Source of the DNA: a virus
Reading direction: 5' to 3' (one strand)
Length of the DNA stretch: 64,000 nucleotides
UHGV virus genome: UHGV-0041117
Every line of letters starts with the position of its first letter. Within the stretch, counting starts at the first letter, position 1. Under the pieces are notes generated by a model. The model was not told where the DNA came from. It made no database searches and was given only the letters and a program-made list of their open reading frames with translations. Below, piece by piece: positions 36,543-46,837 of this stretch. The translations under genes and the position numbers were made by a program.

Positions 36543-37200
36543 CTTCTCTCTTCTCCATGGTCTGGCGGGCTATCTCGTGCTCCAAGAGCTTGAAGTATGT
36601 TTGCTGGTGAGACAGCGCCAACTGAGTGATGGTGCTGTTGTTCTCCGAATCCATGGACAGGGCCCGGTACAGCATCCACTGCTTGACCATGGCCACCAGC
36701 CTATTCGGCACCTCCAGCACCTCAGAATGTCCGTCAGGCTCCACGTAGCTTTCGAGCAGCACATAATGCGGCTTCGTATCTGCCGGAGACACTGGCGGGT
36801 ACACGCGGAACATCGAGCTGTCCGTCGTGCTGACGCTGTAGCTGGTGAGGGGCCCGCCTGCATGGCAGCGGGAAGGCCCCCCACTCCAGGTATTCACCTC
36901 GTCGTCCATGACCCGCGAAAGGGACCGCAGAATTTGCCGCCCATCCGCCGTGGTCTCACCCAGGATACGCACTATTTCGGCATCACCGCCGCTGACGATG
37001 GCCTCCTGCCACCGATTACCGGGCTCAACACGCACGACATGTCGCGCGAGGAACTCATCCCGGAACTGATGACTGAGCGTAATGACAGCTTCGGACAAGT
37101 ACGACTGCAACTGCGGCACAGGCCAGCGTGTGTACTCGTGACCTGGCTCCTGGTCGTTGAGGTCGACAGAGACCTCCCGGATGATATGCGAGGCCAACAT
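36502..37200 (-). CDS. hypothetical head/neck protein (232 aa)
   Basis: ORF in head module. Confidence 0.55.
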   Translation of the reverse strand: MLASHIIREVSVDLNDQEPGHEYTRWPVPQLQSYLSEAVITLSHQFRDEFLARHVVRVEPGNRWQEAIVSGGDAEIVRILGETTADGRQILRSLSRVMDDEVNTWSGGPSRCHAGGPLTSYSVSTTDSSMFRVYPPVSPADTKPHYVLLESYVEPDGHSEVLEVPNRLVAMVKQWMLYRALSMDSENNSTITQLALSHQQTYFKLLEHEIARQTMEKREDGRLRAVPDSPAK

Positions 37201-37205
37201 GGCAG

Positions 37206-37703
37206 TTAATCCGAAAGCTGGGCCAGGAGCGGAGCCATGTCCTTCTCCATGCCCTCGTAGTATGCATCCAGAGCCTGCGCCCCGAAAGGCATGTCAGAAG
37301 ACTTCGGCTGCATGGAAGCCACGGGGGTGTCCTGTCGGTAGGTATCCGTGACGGACTTGGCGTGCTGCAGTACGGACGAACGTGCCTGAGCCATCAGCTC
37401 ATCCCGTTCCGCGTCCGTGTATTCCTCCGGGTTCACCGTATCCATCCACGCGGTAGGGTCAGTGTTCCCGTCGGCGTCGCAGCACTCCATGATGTCGCGC
37501 TGCTCCGCCAGGATGTCATTCCAGGGCAGAACGAGTCCTGTGATTTTGTTCCGCAGATGGGACGAACGGGGCAACGGCGGGTGCGTATTCTGCGCGCCAG
37601 CTCGTTGCATCGCGGCCTGCCGCAAGGCGAAGTCCTGTTCGTTGAGGATGCCCTTCAAATCCACACCGGCAACCGGTGTAGGCGTATATCCCGTGACTTC
37701 CAT
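37206..37703 (-). CDS. hypothetical protein (165 aa)
   Basis: ORF in head module. Confidence 0.55.
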   Translation of the reverse strand: MEVTGYTPTPVAGVDLKGILNEQDFALRQAAMQRAGAQNTHPPLPRSSHLRNKITGLVLPWNDILAEQRDIMECCDADGNTDPTAWMDTVNPEEYTDAERDELMAQARSSVLQHAKSVTDTYRQDTPVASMQPKSSDMPFGAQALDAYYEGMEKDMAPLLAQLSD

Positions 37704-37728
37704 GCTCGCTCTCCTTGATGTTTCGCCC

Positions 37729-37947
37729 TTACTTGGGCGCGCGCTTGAAGGCGCCTTCCACGTCAGTGCCGAAACCGGTACTGGTCATCCGCATCCCCAT
37801 GATGGTCTTGCGGGCGGCTTCGGAGCTGTTATTCATGTCCTTGGTCGGTCCGGTCTGGGCGCGGAACCGGGGGGCAAACGTCTTGCCCCCCGACACAGCG
37901 TCCTTGGAGGCCGGACCCGTCGCCTTGGTGTTGGCCACGTTAGCCAT
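37729..37947 (-). CDS. small hypothetical protein (72 aa)
   Basis: Strong RBS AAGGAGG then ATG 37947 (internal M of ORF 37729..38145). Confidence 0.5.
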   Translation of the reverse strand: MANVANTKATGPASKDAVSGGKTFAPRFRAQTGPTKDMNNSSEAARKTIMGMRMTSTGFGTDVEGAFKRAPK

Positions 37948-37969
37948 GGTGTCCTCCTTGGATGCGAGG

Positions 37970-38782
37970 TTAGCCGACCTGCGTAGCGCCCTCGAAGGCG
38001 TGCAGCTTGGCCGACATGTAGACAGCGATGTTGGACTTCCAGATGGCCTGGATTTTCTCGGGGTCGCCGGCCACGATTTTGTAACCCAGCACGACGGCGC
38101 CATAGTAGTCGTCAGCGCCGCCCGTGGCCTTGCCATGCTCATCACGCTTCACGATGTTGTGGCCAAACGTACACGGCGCGGCCTGGGCCAGCTTGGTGTT
38201 GACCGTCACGCCGGTCACGTTATTGGCTTCGCCTTCCACCTCGGCCGTGCTGGTCGCCGACATGGCGGGCATGAGCGGGAGGAAGCCCCACAGGGTATCG
38301 CCTTCTTCGGGCGTGCCCAGGGGGAACTGCGTGATACCAGCCGCCGTGACAGCAGCATCGAACTCGGCGTTGTCTTCGTACTTCCAATCGTTCGTAGCGA
38401 AATCCCAGGACACACGCTGCGCGATGGGTTTGATGTAGACCCCATCCAGCAGCTTGTCCGTGGTGACGACTTCGTAGTGGATGGCTTCCACGTACGACCG
38501 CAGCGGGACCCAGTTCGTCAGGATGATGTCGTTGACGTTCGCCAGCCCCTGCAGGGCGCTCTGCATCCACTTGTGGCCGTAGGTATCACCGAGGTTCGGC
38601 ACCAAAGGGAAATGGAGGTTGAGATAGCCCTGGCCGTAGGCCGCGTCCGCGTGGGAATCATACGGGGGGGTGGCATCCAGATGGGGGGCGTCGAACGGAG
38701 GCTTGAACTGCGACCAGTCACCGGCACAGAACCAGCCCTTGAAATCGGGGCTGCCGCCCCGGAACATGCTGATAGTAGCCAT
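37970..38782 (-). CDS. virion structural protein (270 aa; decoration or second capsid component)
   Basis: RBS GGAGG then ATG 38782 (MATISMF); directly downstream of putative capsid gene. Confidence 0.55.
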   Translation of the reverse strand: MATISMFRGGSPDFKGWFCAGDWSQFKPPFDAPHLDATPPYDSHADAAYGQGYLNLHFPLVPNLGDTYGHKWMQSALQGLANVNDIILTNWVPLRSYVEAIHYEVVTTDKLLDGVYIKPIAQRVSWDFATNDWKYEDNAEFDAAVTAAGITQFPLGTPEEGDTLWGFLPLMPAMSATSTAEVEGEANNVTGVTVNTKLAQAAPCTFGHNIVKRDEHGKATGGADDYYGAVVLGYKIVAGDPEKIQAIWKSNIAVYMSAKLHAFEGATQVG

Positions 38783-38792
38783 GATATGCCTC

Positions 38793-39746
38793 CTAGTTGA
38801 TGGCGTCGAACGTCCAATAGCCCATGGCCAGAGCATCGGGGTAGATGACTTCCGCACCCCAGGCCACCAGATACTGGTAGCGCACGCCGAAGCTGTTGGG
38901 GTCGCTGGTGTTGAGTCGGGCCTCGATGATGTTGGAGGCATACGCAGTAGCCTCCTTGTGACCGGCCATGATGAAGAAGCTGAGGGCGCCGCTCTCGTCC
39001 ATGCGCACCGGGACGTGGATGGACTCGATGGCGGTGAAGCCCATCAGCGGGTGGTTCCACATACCGGACACGATGCCACCGCACTCGCAACTCCACAGGG
39101 AGTTGGAGTAGTTGGACATGGCCAGATACGTGCGCAGCACCGGGGGGACGATAATGAACATCTCGCCATCCACCCAGCGCTTGGACTCGATGAGCACGCG
39201 CTGCAGGTCGGCCAGGACTTTGGGCAGGTTCTGGGGAGTCACGTGCACGGGATGCCCGGGCGTACCCAGATTCACGTCATGGTTTCGGCCAGCAGCACCC
39301 AGAGAAGTCACCGGGGAGACCTGAGCCATCATGCGGCCCAGGACGTAGCGACGCATAGCTTCCACGTACGACTGGTACATGGATTCCAGCAGCTTCTCCT
39401 CGAAGGAGCTCCAACGCTCGCAGGCCATCTTGATGTCCGTGGTATCGAACTTGATGTCCTGATACCCGAGGTTGCAGATGGTCAGGCAGCGCGCATCGGT
39501 ACTCACCGTGCTGGGTACGAGCTGCTGGTTTTTCTGGTAGCTGCGCAGCGGGCCGACTTCGGGGGCCTGCATAATCTGGATGACCTGGTTACACCGGGTA
39601 ACAGGCTCCAGCAGCTCAGAGGCCGTGATGCGGGGAAGCCAGTCTTCTTCATAAATACGGGACAGGATGAAGTCACTGTACCCGACCCGGGCGAGAGGGG
39701 TGGCCTCAATCCCCGGATAGCCGCTTGCACTGGGGTAAATAGGCAT
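38793..39746 (-). CDS. major capsid protein candidate (317 aa)
   Basis: RBS GGAGTAGGAG; immediately downstream of scaffold-like gene; size fits HK97-fold capsid; assignment is by position. Confidence 0.5.
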   Translation of the reverse strand: MPIYPSASGYPGIEATPLARVGYSDFILSRIYEEDWLPRITASELLEPVTRCNQVIQIMQAPEVGPLRSYQKNQQLVPSTVSTDARCLTICNLGYQDIKFDTTDIKMACERWSSFEEKLLESMYQSYVEAMRRYVLGRMMAQVSPVTSLGAAGRNHDVNLGTPGHPVHVTPQNLPKVLADLQRVLIESKRWVDGEMFIIVPPVLRTYLAMSNYSNSLWSCECGGIVSGMWNHPLMGFTAIESIHVPVRMDESGALSFFIMAGHKEATAYASNIIEARLNTSDPNSFGVRYQYLVAWGAEVIYPDALAMGYWTFDAIN

Positions 39747-39758
39747 AGACTCCTACTC

Positions 39759-40769
39759 CTATTGTGCGGGGTTTGCGGCGCGCCATTCCTTGAGCATCTC
39801 GCGATACTGGTCGGGCGTGATTTGCCGCGTTTGCATGAGATTGTTCAGGTCCGCCAACGTGTACGTCACCGCCGGCGCCGGGGCAGCAGGGGCTACACTG
39901 CCTGCCGCAACCTGGACAGGGGCCACAGTAGTGATAGCGTCACCTTGGGGGGCACGCTGTTTGAAGCGGTCCACCATGTCGATGACGTACTTCGCATTCC
40001 CAGCGTTGAACTCTTCCGTGGCAAGCTGGTCGCGAGTGCGGCTGCTCATGCCCTCGGGCTGCTGCAGGAAAGCGCGAAATTCGGGGTCCTGGTAAAGGGA
40101 GAAAAAGTCGGGATGCACCCGCAAGATTTCATCCCTGAGCTGCTGTGCACGAAGCTGCTGCATATTCTGACTGTTCGCGGCCACGCTCTGCTGCAGAGCA
40201 GCGCGCTGTGCTGCGAGTTCCTGCTGCATCGCATCAATAGAAACGTGCATGGCATTGGCGGCAGCCGCAGCAATACGCCGTGCGTCGTTAGGGTCCACGG
40301 TCTCCAGGTCCCCCAACGTAGCATCCCGGGCGAGCGTATCGGACAGGGCGCGCTGCTGCTTGTCCAGTTCCCACTCACGCTGCTGCTGCCGCAGCGCCTG
40401 CAGGTCAGCGCTGCTTTTCTGGAGTTCGGCCGTCAAGGCGTCCCGTTCCGCCAGAAGCTGCTGCCGCTGCATCTCAAGCTGTTGACGCGCCATATCATAC
40501 GGATACGGAGGCGCAGGCTGGGGCGCCGGCTGAGGCGCAGGCTGGGGCACCGGCTGAGGTGCAGGCTGAGGAATAGGCTGGGGAGTGGGCTGAGGAATAG
40601 GCTGGGGAGTGGGCTGAGGTGCAGGCTGGGGAGTGGGCTGCGGCGCAGGCTGGGGAGTAGCCGCAGCGGCTTCGGATACTGCATAGCTTTCACGGAACCG
40701 CTGCGCCATATGCGGCACCTTCGCAAAGGCCGCCTGCGTCTGGGCGGAATCGTTAAGGGTCTGGGACAT
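39759..40769 (-). CDS. scaffolding-like protein (coiled coil with PQPTPQPA repeats)
   Basis: 336 aa, N-terminal (PQP[TAI])n repeats, long Gln/Leu/Ala/Arg-rich coiled coil; located between portal and capsid. Confidence 0.5.
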   Translation of the reverse strand: MSQTLNDSAQTQAAFAKVPHMAQRFRESYAVSEAAAATPQPAPQPTPQPAPQPTPQPIPQPTPQPIPQPAPQPVPQPAPQPAPQPAPPYPYDMARQQLEMQRQQLLAERDALTAELQKSSADLQALRQQQREWELDKQQRALSDTLARDATLGDLETVDPNDARRIAAAAANAMHVSIDAMQQELAAQRAALQQSVAANSQNMQQLRAQQLRDEILRVHPDFFSLYQDPEFRAFLQQPEGMSSRTRDQLATEEFNAGNAKYVIDMVDRFKQRAPQGDAITTVAPVQVAAGSVAPAAPAPAVTYTLADLNNLMQTRQITPDQYREMLKEWRAANPAQ

Positions 40770-40782
40770 GTTTGCTCGCCTC

Positions 40783-41037
40783 CTAATGGTATTGTTTCAG
40801 CGTGTCGATAATATCCCGCAGCATATCACAGCGTCCGAGTGACACGCACCCGGAGGGCACCTTGGTCTGGTCAAGCAGAGCCGCGACAGCGGCGTGCTCG
40901 CACGCAGCCTGCTCTGCTTCCAGGGCTTCCACGAAGAGCTGTTCGAGCGCAGCGAAAGCGCCCTTATTGGACGCCAACGTCTGCAGGAGGTTATCGGCGG
41001 GAGTGTGCTTACCCCTGATTGCCAGAAGTCGGGACAT
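40783..41037 (-). CDS. hypothetical protein (84 aa)
   Basis: ORF. Confidence 0.45.
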   Translation of the reverse strand: MSRLLAIRGKHTPADNLLQTLASNKGAFAALEQLFVEALEAEQAACEHAAVAALLDQTKVPSGCVSLGRCDMLRDIIDTLKQYH

Positions 41038-41195
41038 ACTTCAACCCGGTAATGGCGTCCCGCACCGAGGGGGACTGCTGCTGGCCGTTGCTACGGGCCG
41101 GATGGATAGCACCGCCAGGCCGACCGCTGCCAACAACGGACGGGGGAGGCGTGGGACGAGAAGGACGATTACCACCACAACGAGGGCAACCCATA

Positions 41196-41453
41196 TTAAC
41201 CTCCAAAACGCATGCCCATGATACCAGAGTACACCCGGCCATGGGCAGGGTTACGACGCCGACACGCGTCTTCGCGCAGGCGCCTCATATTAGTGTCGAA
41301 CAGGTCCGAAGCGGCAGCCTGTTCCGGGGTCACAGTAGCAAGCGGGTTGTTGGCCAGGGTCATGTTCGTGTCACGAGCCTTCTGTTCCGCCTGCTGCTCA
41401 CGTCGCATCATTTCTTCCCAGGAGGGTTCGGAAGGAGTCGGGATAACAGCCAT
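41196..41453 (-). CDS. hypothetical protein (85 aa)
   Basis: ORF. Confidence 0.4.
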   Translation of the reverse strand: MAVIPTPSEPSWEEMMRREQQAEQKARDTNMTLANNPLATVTPEQAAASDLFDTNMRRLREDACRRRNPAHGRVYSGIMGMRFGG

Positions 41454-41462
41454 ATACGCCTC

Positions 41463-41828
41463 CTAGTACGCGGGGACAGCCTTACCGCCAATGCTGACCC
41501 AAGCCGTCGGAGACCCCAGCAAAGTCCTGCGGTCGCCAACAACCATGGTACCCAGCGTCTCACCATCGGCAGCGGCAGGGGCGTTAGCGGCAGACACAGT
41601 GCGGGCAGCATCAATCGCATCGGCCAGAGCTTTGAGCTGCGCCGGGGAGAGGCTGGCGAGGGCACTGGCAATCGTCATAGCCGAAGCCGCGTCCACAGAG
41701 CGCACCGACACAATGTCAGAGCTCTCGATGCTGCCACCAGAGAACCTGCTGTTGATGATGGTCGAGTCGCTCACCGTAACATGGGTGAGCGTCCCCCCAT
41801 CCATAAAATCTACAGAGCCACAACCCAT
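41463..41828 (-). CDS. hypothetical protein (121 aa)
   Basis: ORF. Confidence 0.5.
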   Translation of the reverse strand: MGCGSVDFMDGGTLTHVTVSDSTIINSRFSGGSIESSDIVSVRSVDAASAMTIASALASLSPAQLKALADAIDAARTVSAANAPAAADGETLGTMVVGDRRTLLGSPTAWVSIGGKAVPAY

Positions 41829-41840
41829 AGCGGGAACCTC

Positions 41841-42290
41841 CTACTGGAAGAAAATGTCGCGCACCTGCGGCGCAAGCTGGGCCACATCGTATTGCTCGGC
41901 ATACACCTGGGCAGTACCAACAATCGTGCTATCATTCAGCTCAAGCTGGTAAACCCCAGGGACACCGATGGCTTTGACACAGTCGCACTTATCGAGAGAC
42001 CAGGTGCAACCGTTGGAAACGACATCAATGTCGGCCGCGAGCTCGCTGCGGATATTACCGAAATCCAGCAACCAGTCACACCCAGACTTTTTAGCCACGG
42101 GCAGGGCGCCGCCGAACTCATGTACCAAACGCCGCACGCACGCACGCGCCGGTGTGCGCGGCTCGTTTTCCACCTGGAATTTGAACCTGGGGAAATTCGC
42201 AGCCCACAACACGATGACCTTCCCGGGAGCGACCGAGAAGACCGAAGAATAGACAGAAGTGTTTTCCGGGCTCCACAGAGGGACACTCAT
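41841..42290 (-). CDS. hypothetical protein (~149 aa)
   Basis: RBS GGGAG then ATG (MSVPLW), internal M of ORF 41841..42389. Confidence 0.5.
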   Translation of the reverse strand: MSVPLWSPENTSVYSSVFSVAPGKVIVLWAANFPRFKFQVENEPRTPARACVRRLVHEFGGALPVAKKSGCDWLLDFGNIRSELAADIDVVSNGCTWSLDKCDCVKAIGVPGVYQLELNDSTIVGTAQVYAEQYDVAQLAPQVRDIFFQ

Positions 42291-42544
42291 AGCAAACTCC
42301 CGATGATGTACCCGATGAGGCCCCCGTACAGGAGCCCACGAACCGTATTGCAACAGATGCAGTCGTTTTGCTTGAAGGGGAACAACCACACCTTGTAGAA
42401 GAAATCATAGACCTTATTCGCGGGTTTTTCAATGTCCGAATCGTACAGCCAACCGTGGCAGAAATTCACGTTGTCGCAGAACCACGCCACGAACTTATAT
42501 GCCCACGTCCCCGGCTTGGGTTTCGGGGTATCCCACAATTCCAT
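42287..42544 (-). CDS. small protein with C-terminal hydrophobic anchor (85 aa)
   Basis: C-terminal GLLYGGLIGYIIGSLL; lower-GC segment. Confidence 0.45.
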   Translation of the reverse strand: MELWDTPKPKPGTWAYKFVAWFCDNVNFCHGWLYDSDIEKPANKVYDFFYKVWLFPFKQNDCICCNTVRGLLYGGLIGYIIGSLL

Positions 42545-44508
42545 TACGCTTCACCTCCTGTGACATCAGCAACGACACCAGCCCCAGTAGGTGACGCCGG
42601 CATGGGTGCGGGGTTCGGATTGTTCCCAGCACCAACAGGCATGTCCATGGCCCCAAGCACGGCATCCGGGACGCCCATCGAGCCGAGGAGCTTCTGCAGG
42701 CTCCACGAGAGCACGGGGGCTATGTTGATATTCTGACCCAGGGAGCTGGCAGCAGCCCCAACAACTTGCAGAATCTCCATCGCCGACTGCTTCTCCATCT
42801 CCTTCTGGAGGAGGCCTTCGGCGCCCTTGGTAATGATTTGGGAATCCCCCTTCACGTTCATATCCTTGGCGTACAACATATTCATGTTGTAGAGCAGGCT
42901 ACCCAAAGGCTGGAAAACCCCGTAGGCGATGTTGTCCGTCGCGGCGTGCAACGCCTTAGTGGCGTTCCCCTGCAGCATGGACATACCACGGAAAGTACGC
43001 ATCGCGCCGGACCCGACAGCTTCCCCGTGCAAGGCCGCAGGAATATTGGTCACACGGTCGGCGAGCTGCATGAACATCTCCATAAGCTGCGCGTACGCCG
43101 GAATGTTGGATGGGATATGTGTGAACCGGAATGCTGGGATGTTGGAGTTCCCCAAGTCGGAATCGGACAAGTACATGCCCCCGGGCACGAGCTGACCGAT
43201 TTCCCCTTCCCCCAGGTACGCTGAGATGCGGCGGTAATCGGCTTCGCAGATAGGAGCCGATGCATTGGCCGCATTGCGCAGAAGATACATGAGGCTGGCA
43301 AGGTAAGCGCGCTCGATGTCGCGAAGACGCTGCGCGATGCCATCCCCAGCGATACGGTCCCCGCCGGTCTTGTAGAAGCTCGCGGTGTAGACCGGGCGGG
43401 TCTGCATCTTCGGGTCGGAGAAGACCCTCACCTCGATGACGCGCCCAGCCACAAGGGAAATCTGGCAGTTGTAGAACTCCGACGCCGTGAGCCCCTTGAT
43501 GTCATATTTCTGCAGCTCACGACCAGACATGAGCCCGTAATGCGTGAGGACCTCAATAGGGCTCACATTGGACGACCACAGCGCCATATTGCGCTGGGCC
43601 GCGTCCGGGGACCTGGACAGCCAGCTCAGGTTGAAATCTGGGCTGGAGTCGGCATCTTTCAAGACATCCAAAATCGTCTTGGAAATGTATCCCGGCAGCA
43701 TGGCGGCATTCATCAGCTCTCGCCGTGTCCACAACGTCCGGGTGAAAATACACGTCCCACGCTGCGTATCCGGGCTGTCGGGGGAGTACACGAAGTCGAA
43801 CGGGCTGATAGCCCGAAACGTGGGGAAGACCTCCGTGCTGATACGCGGCTTGTTTCGTCCCCAGACGAGGCGCGGAGCCCGGGTGATGTATGGGCCAGCA
43901 AATACTGCGTAAGGGTACACCGGAAACCATTGGAGGAAATCGGTCAGGGCCCGCGTGAAACCACCTTCTGCACACTGGTCTTCCATCAGAAGCAGCATGG
44001 CATCGGCAGACTTCTTGGCCTTCTCCTGCTCACGCTCCATCATCACACGTTTCTGCTGGCGTATCGCTTCGATAAGGAGTGCCGGGTCGCCGCCGAAATT
44101 GGTCTGCTGGAGCTCACGCTTTACCGCCTGGAACACCTCGTCTTTGGCGACAGGCGAGATGTCCGGGCGGGGCGTAGGGATAATCGTCCAGGGGAGTGCT
44201 GCGTCACCACGGCTCGTAAGAGCGTCGTTAAGGTAGGAATTGGCGATGTCAGATTTCAACGCAGTGAGGTTGATGTAAACGTCGACGCCGAGCTCGTCTG
44301 CGCGTTTTTTGGCATCACACGACATGATGCCATTCTGCTGATTCCAGCAGTTCTCCAGCACATCACGCAGAGGGCGCCCATTCACCAACTCCGCAGACTG
44401 CCATGCCACGGCCCCATTGAACCGCTCCATGACAGCATCCGCCAGAGGGTCCTGCGCTTTGGCAGGGATGTCCTCGATTTCCAGCATCCATCTGATTTCA
44501 TCGCTCAT
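42544..44508 (-). CDS. portal protein candidate (654 aa)
   Basis: RBS AAGGGGA; size and position immediately downstream of terminase large subunit. Confidence 0.6.
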   Translation of the reverse strand: MSDEIRWMLEIEDIPAKAQDPLADAVMERFNGAVAWQSAELVNGRPLRDVLENCWNQQNGIMSCDAKKRADELGVDVYINLTALKSDIANSYLNDALTSRGDAALPWTIIPTPRPDISPVAKDEVFQAVKRELQQTNFGGDPALLIEAIRQQKRVMMEREQEKAKKSADAMLLLMEDQCAEGGFTRALTDFLQWFPVYPYAVFAGPYITRAPRLVWGRNKPRISTEVFPTFRAISPFDFVYSPDSPDTQRGTCIFTRTLWTRRELMNAAMLPGYISKTILDVLKDADSSPDFNLSWLSRSPDAAQRNMALWSSNVSPIEVLTHYGLMSGRELQKYDIKGLTASEFYNCQISLVAGRVIEVRVFSDPKMQTRPVYTASFYKTGGDRIAGDGIAQRLRDIERAYLASLMYLLRNAANASAPICEADYRRISAYLGEGEIGQLVPGGMYLSDSDLGNSNIPAFRFTHIPSNIPAYAQLMEMFMQLADRVTNIPAALHGEAVGSGAMRTFRGMSMLQGNATKALHAATDNIAYGVFQPLGSLLYNMNMLYAKDMNVKGDSQIITKGAEGLLQKEMEKQSAMEILQVVGAAASSLGQNINIAPVLSWSLQKLLGSMGVPDAVLGAMDMPVGAGNNPNPAPMPASPTGAGVVADVTGGEA

Positions 44509-44543
44509 GGTTTCCCCTTACCAAGTCCAAATATGTACGTCAA

Positions 44544-46052
44544 TCACACCAGGCGGGCCAGGGTACTACGTCGCTGCACCAAACGGTCTCGAACTTGATG
44601 GGCCGTCTGGTCCCCGTCTTGCTCATCGCCCCGCATAATCATCAGGGCCGCGTACTGGAGCGCGTCGTGGACATGGCTCGCATCGTTTTTTTCTGGCGAG
44701 GGTGTGTACACAGCCCCCATCGTACCGCTAGCACGCAGCTTTCGGTACCGGTACTCATGGATAAATCCTCGTATGAGCATCTGACATCTGGGGTCAATGA
44801 GCAGGCCACCGGTCCGCTGATTGAGCATGTGCTCCACAGTCTGGATACGAACCTTCGGGTTATTGGACAGCTCAGTCACAGCGTTGATGCCCACATCGGC
44901 GAAGCGCTCTTTGGGTGTCACCGCCTGCCAAGAGTCGCGCGTATTGCTCGGGTCAATGGCGGCGACGACAGGATTGGTACTGTACCGCTCCCGCAGCAGG
45001 GGGACCAGCATGCCGTAGAGGAAATTCTCGAACCCCTCGTTGTCAGCGTACAACTCATCCAAGACACACCACCGCCCCTGCAGATTCTGGAGCACCACAG
45101 CGGCAGGATGGATGCCAGACTGGTCCACCCCGATGACGACAGGATGGAATGGCCTGGGCTCCAACGGTGTCTCCGAGACGTGGTAGGACTGATTGAAATT
45201 GGAGTAGACCGGCTTGCCGTCGATGATGGGGACATCCAGCATGCAATACTGGTTATCCACGATGTCTGTCCGGCCGGTCTTCAACAGGGCGTCAATCTGG
45301 TTGCGGTAGTACCGCATCCCCTGCTGCTCCGGGGTGAAATCCTCCGGGTCTCCTTCCTCCTTGGCCCCGAGGTTGCGCAGGTTCTCTGCATCCGGGTTAA
45401 TCTCGTACGTCACCTGACCCATGGCGTCGACTCTCTTAAACGCCGCCGGCGGCTGCCGAAACACGGCCCAGTTCGGCTCCGGGTTCCGTATGTACTCATC
45501 CAGCCAAGAGCCGGGCTCAGGCTGGTTGAAGTCCATGATAGTGCCACCCCAGGAGATACCCCCAAGGTCTTGGGGCGGAAAACGCCCGATACGCCCGGTC
45601 ACAGCGTTGTACACCTCTGGAGTGCAACCCGTGGCTTCGTTCATCCATGCATAGGTCCAGTTGGCCGAGCGGAGCTTCGGGGCATCATCCGCTGTTTTCA
45701 AAGCCCACAGTTCCAGCTCCAGAGAGACCTTCGTGCCATCCGGCAGCGGGATGAGGTAATACCCCTTCACAGGAGAGCCTGAACTCGCGATAGTGCCACA
45801 CTCAGGCGGGAGGACTTCCAGCAAAGAACGCCGAGTCGTGGAGAGGAGTTCCGGGTATGAGGACCGCACCACGCCGACACGCACATATCGTACACCATCC
45901 GGGGCCGGGTTCTGGGCGCAGGCGTACGCCAACACGTCCACAGCGCAAGCGCATGATTTGCCTGAGCCGTAAGGGCCCAGAATCATTTTGAGATACTTGT
46001 CACAATTATGCAACTGCAGGCCCGTGGGGCTAGGCACGTAATTGAACATCAC
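44544..46052 (-). CDS. terL: terminase large subunit
   Basis: Walker A ILGPYGSGKS, Walker B-like YAWMNEA, C-terminal nuclease-like region; 502 aa. Confidence 0.85.
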   Translation of the reverse strand: MMFNYVPSPTGLQLHNCDKYLKMILGPYGSGKSCACAVDVLAYACAQNPAPDGVRYVRVGVVRSSYPELLSTTRRSLLEVLPPECGTIASSGSPVKGYYLIPLPDGTKVSLELELWALKTADDAPKLRSANWTYAWMNEATGCTPEVYNAVTGRIGRFPPQDLGGISWGGTIMDFNQPEPGSWLDEYIRNPEPNWAVFRQPPAAFKRVDAMGQVTYEINPDAENLRNLGAKEEGDPEDFTPEQQGMRYYRNQIDALLKTGRTDIVDNQYCMLDVPIIDGKPVYSNFNQSYHVSETPLEPRPFHPVVIGVDQSGIHPAAVVLQNLQGRWCVLDELYADNEGFENFLYGMLVPLLRERYSTNPVVAAIDPSNTRDSWQAVTPKERFADVGINAVTELSNNPKVRIQTVEHMLNQRTGGLLIDPRCQMLIRGFIHEYRYRKLRASGTMGAVYTPSPEKNDASHVHDALQYAALMIMRGDEQDGDQTAHQVRDRLVQRRSTLARLV

Positions 46053-46058
46053 GCCCCC

Positions 46059-46511
46059 CTAATTCGTTGGCAAACAGTGGGCTACCTTGGCCACGCCTTG
46101 CGGGAGCGGGAGCGGGACGGCCACATTGACTTGAGTGTTCACCTGCGTGGCCTCCTTAGTATCGAGCAGACCCGCAGATTTCATCATCAGCTCCAGGAGC
46201 TTGAGTGCGTCCTTGTTCTCCAAGAGCCCTTGGTGGGCATCCCGAAACATTTTCTCCAGGAGGGCCTGGGACAACGTCATAGCCCGGTACCTGGCCCCAG
46301 CCTTGCTGCCCTGCTCTTTGCACTCAGCCAAGCTCTGCTGGAACAGGAGCTGGAAATGGGGCACGAGCAGAATGGCCTTGAGCGATTCTGGGGTCAGCCC
46401 GTACTCTCGATAGATGGCCGACAAGTCGATGGGACTGTCGGGGGTCTGCATAATCGCCAGGTCGCGTGCCAACGACGGCCAACGGAACTGGGTACCAATG
46501 ATGTCATTCAT
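46059..46511 (-). CDS. terminase small subunit candidate (150 aa)
   Basis: Position immediately upstream of terL; no motif verified. Confidence 0.45.
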   Translation of the reverse strand: MNDIIGTQFRWPSLARDLAIMQTPDSPIDLSAIYREYGLTPESLKAILLVPHFQLLFQQSLAECKEQGSKAGARYRAMTLSQALLEKMFRDAHQGLLENKDALKLLELMMKSAGLLDTKEATQVNTQVNVAVPLPLPQGVAKVAHCLPTN

Positions 46512-46515
46512 GCTC

Positions 46516-46550
46516 GCCTCACATACGAAAAAGAGGAGGCCTGCGCCTCC
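46516..46550 (-). terminator. rho-independent terminator (minus strand)
   Basis: GAGGAGGC-CTGC-GCCTCCTC stem then TTTTTCG on minus strand. Confidence 0.55.
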
Positions 46551-46562
46551 TCTTTGGGGTCC

Positions 46563-46590
46563 GACATTGTGTCGAAAAAGCGCATCCGCG
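46563..46590 (-). terminator. second tandem hairpin terminator (minus strand)
   Basis: AAGCGC-GGAT-GCGCTT then TTTTTCG on minus strand. Confidence 0.4.
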
Positions 46591-46591
46591 C

Positions 46592-46834
46592 TTATTTAAC
46601 GTCGGCAGCCGGGGAGCTGTCAACCTGACTCGCGGCCACAATGGCCGTGAGCTGAGTAGCAAGCCGCTCCAACTGCACGAGACTGGGAAGCCTCTTCTGC
46701 ATGGCCAGCGCCATGGCCCAGGGCATAGCTTCTTGCATAGCGTCTTCCAGCAGACGCGCAGCCGTGGGATATGTCTCCATAAGATGGCCCGCATTCAGCC
46801 GAATCCGCTCGTAGACCTTGTTTTCAGAGGTCAT
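46592..46834 (-). CDS. hypothetical protein (80 aa)
   Basis: ORF. Confidence 0.5.
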   Translation of the reverse strand: MTSENKVYERIRLNAGHLMETYPTAARLLEDAMQEAMPWAMALAMQKRLPSLVQLERLATQLTAIVAASQVDSSPAADVK

Positions 46835-46837
46835 ACG

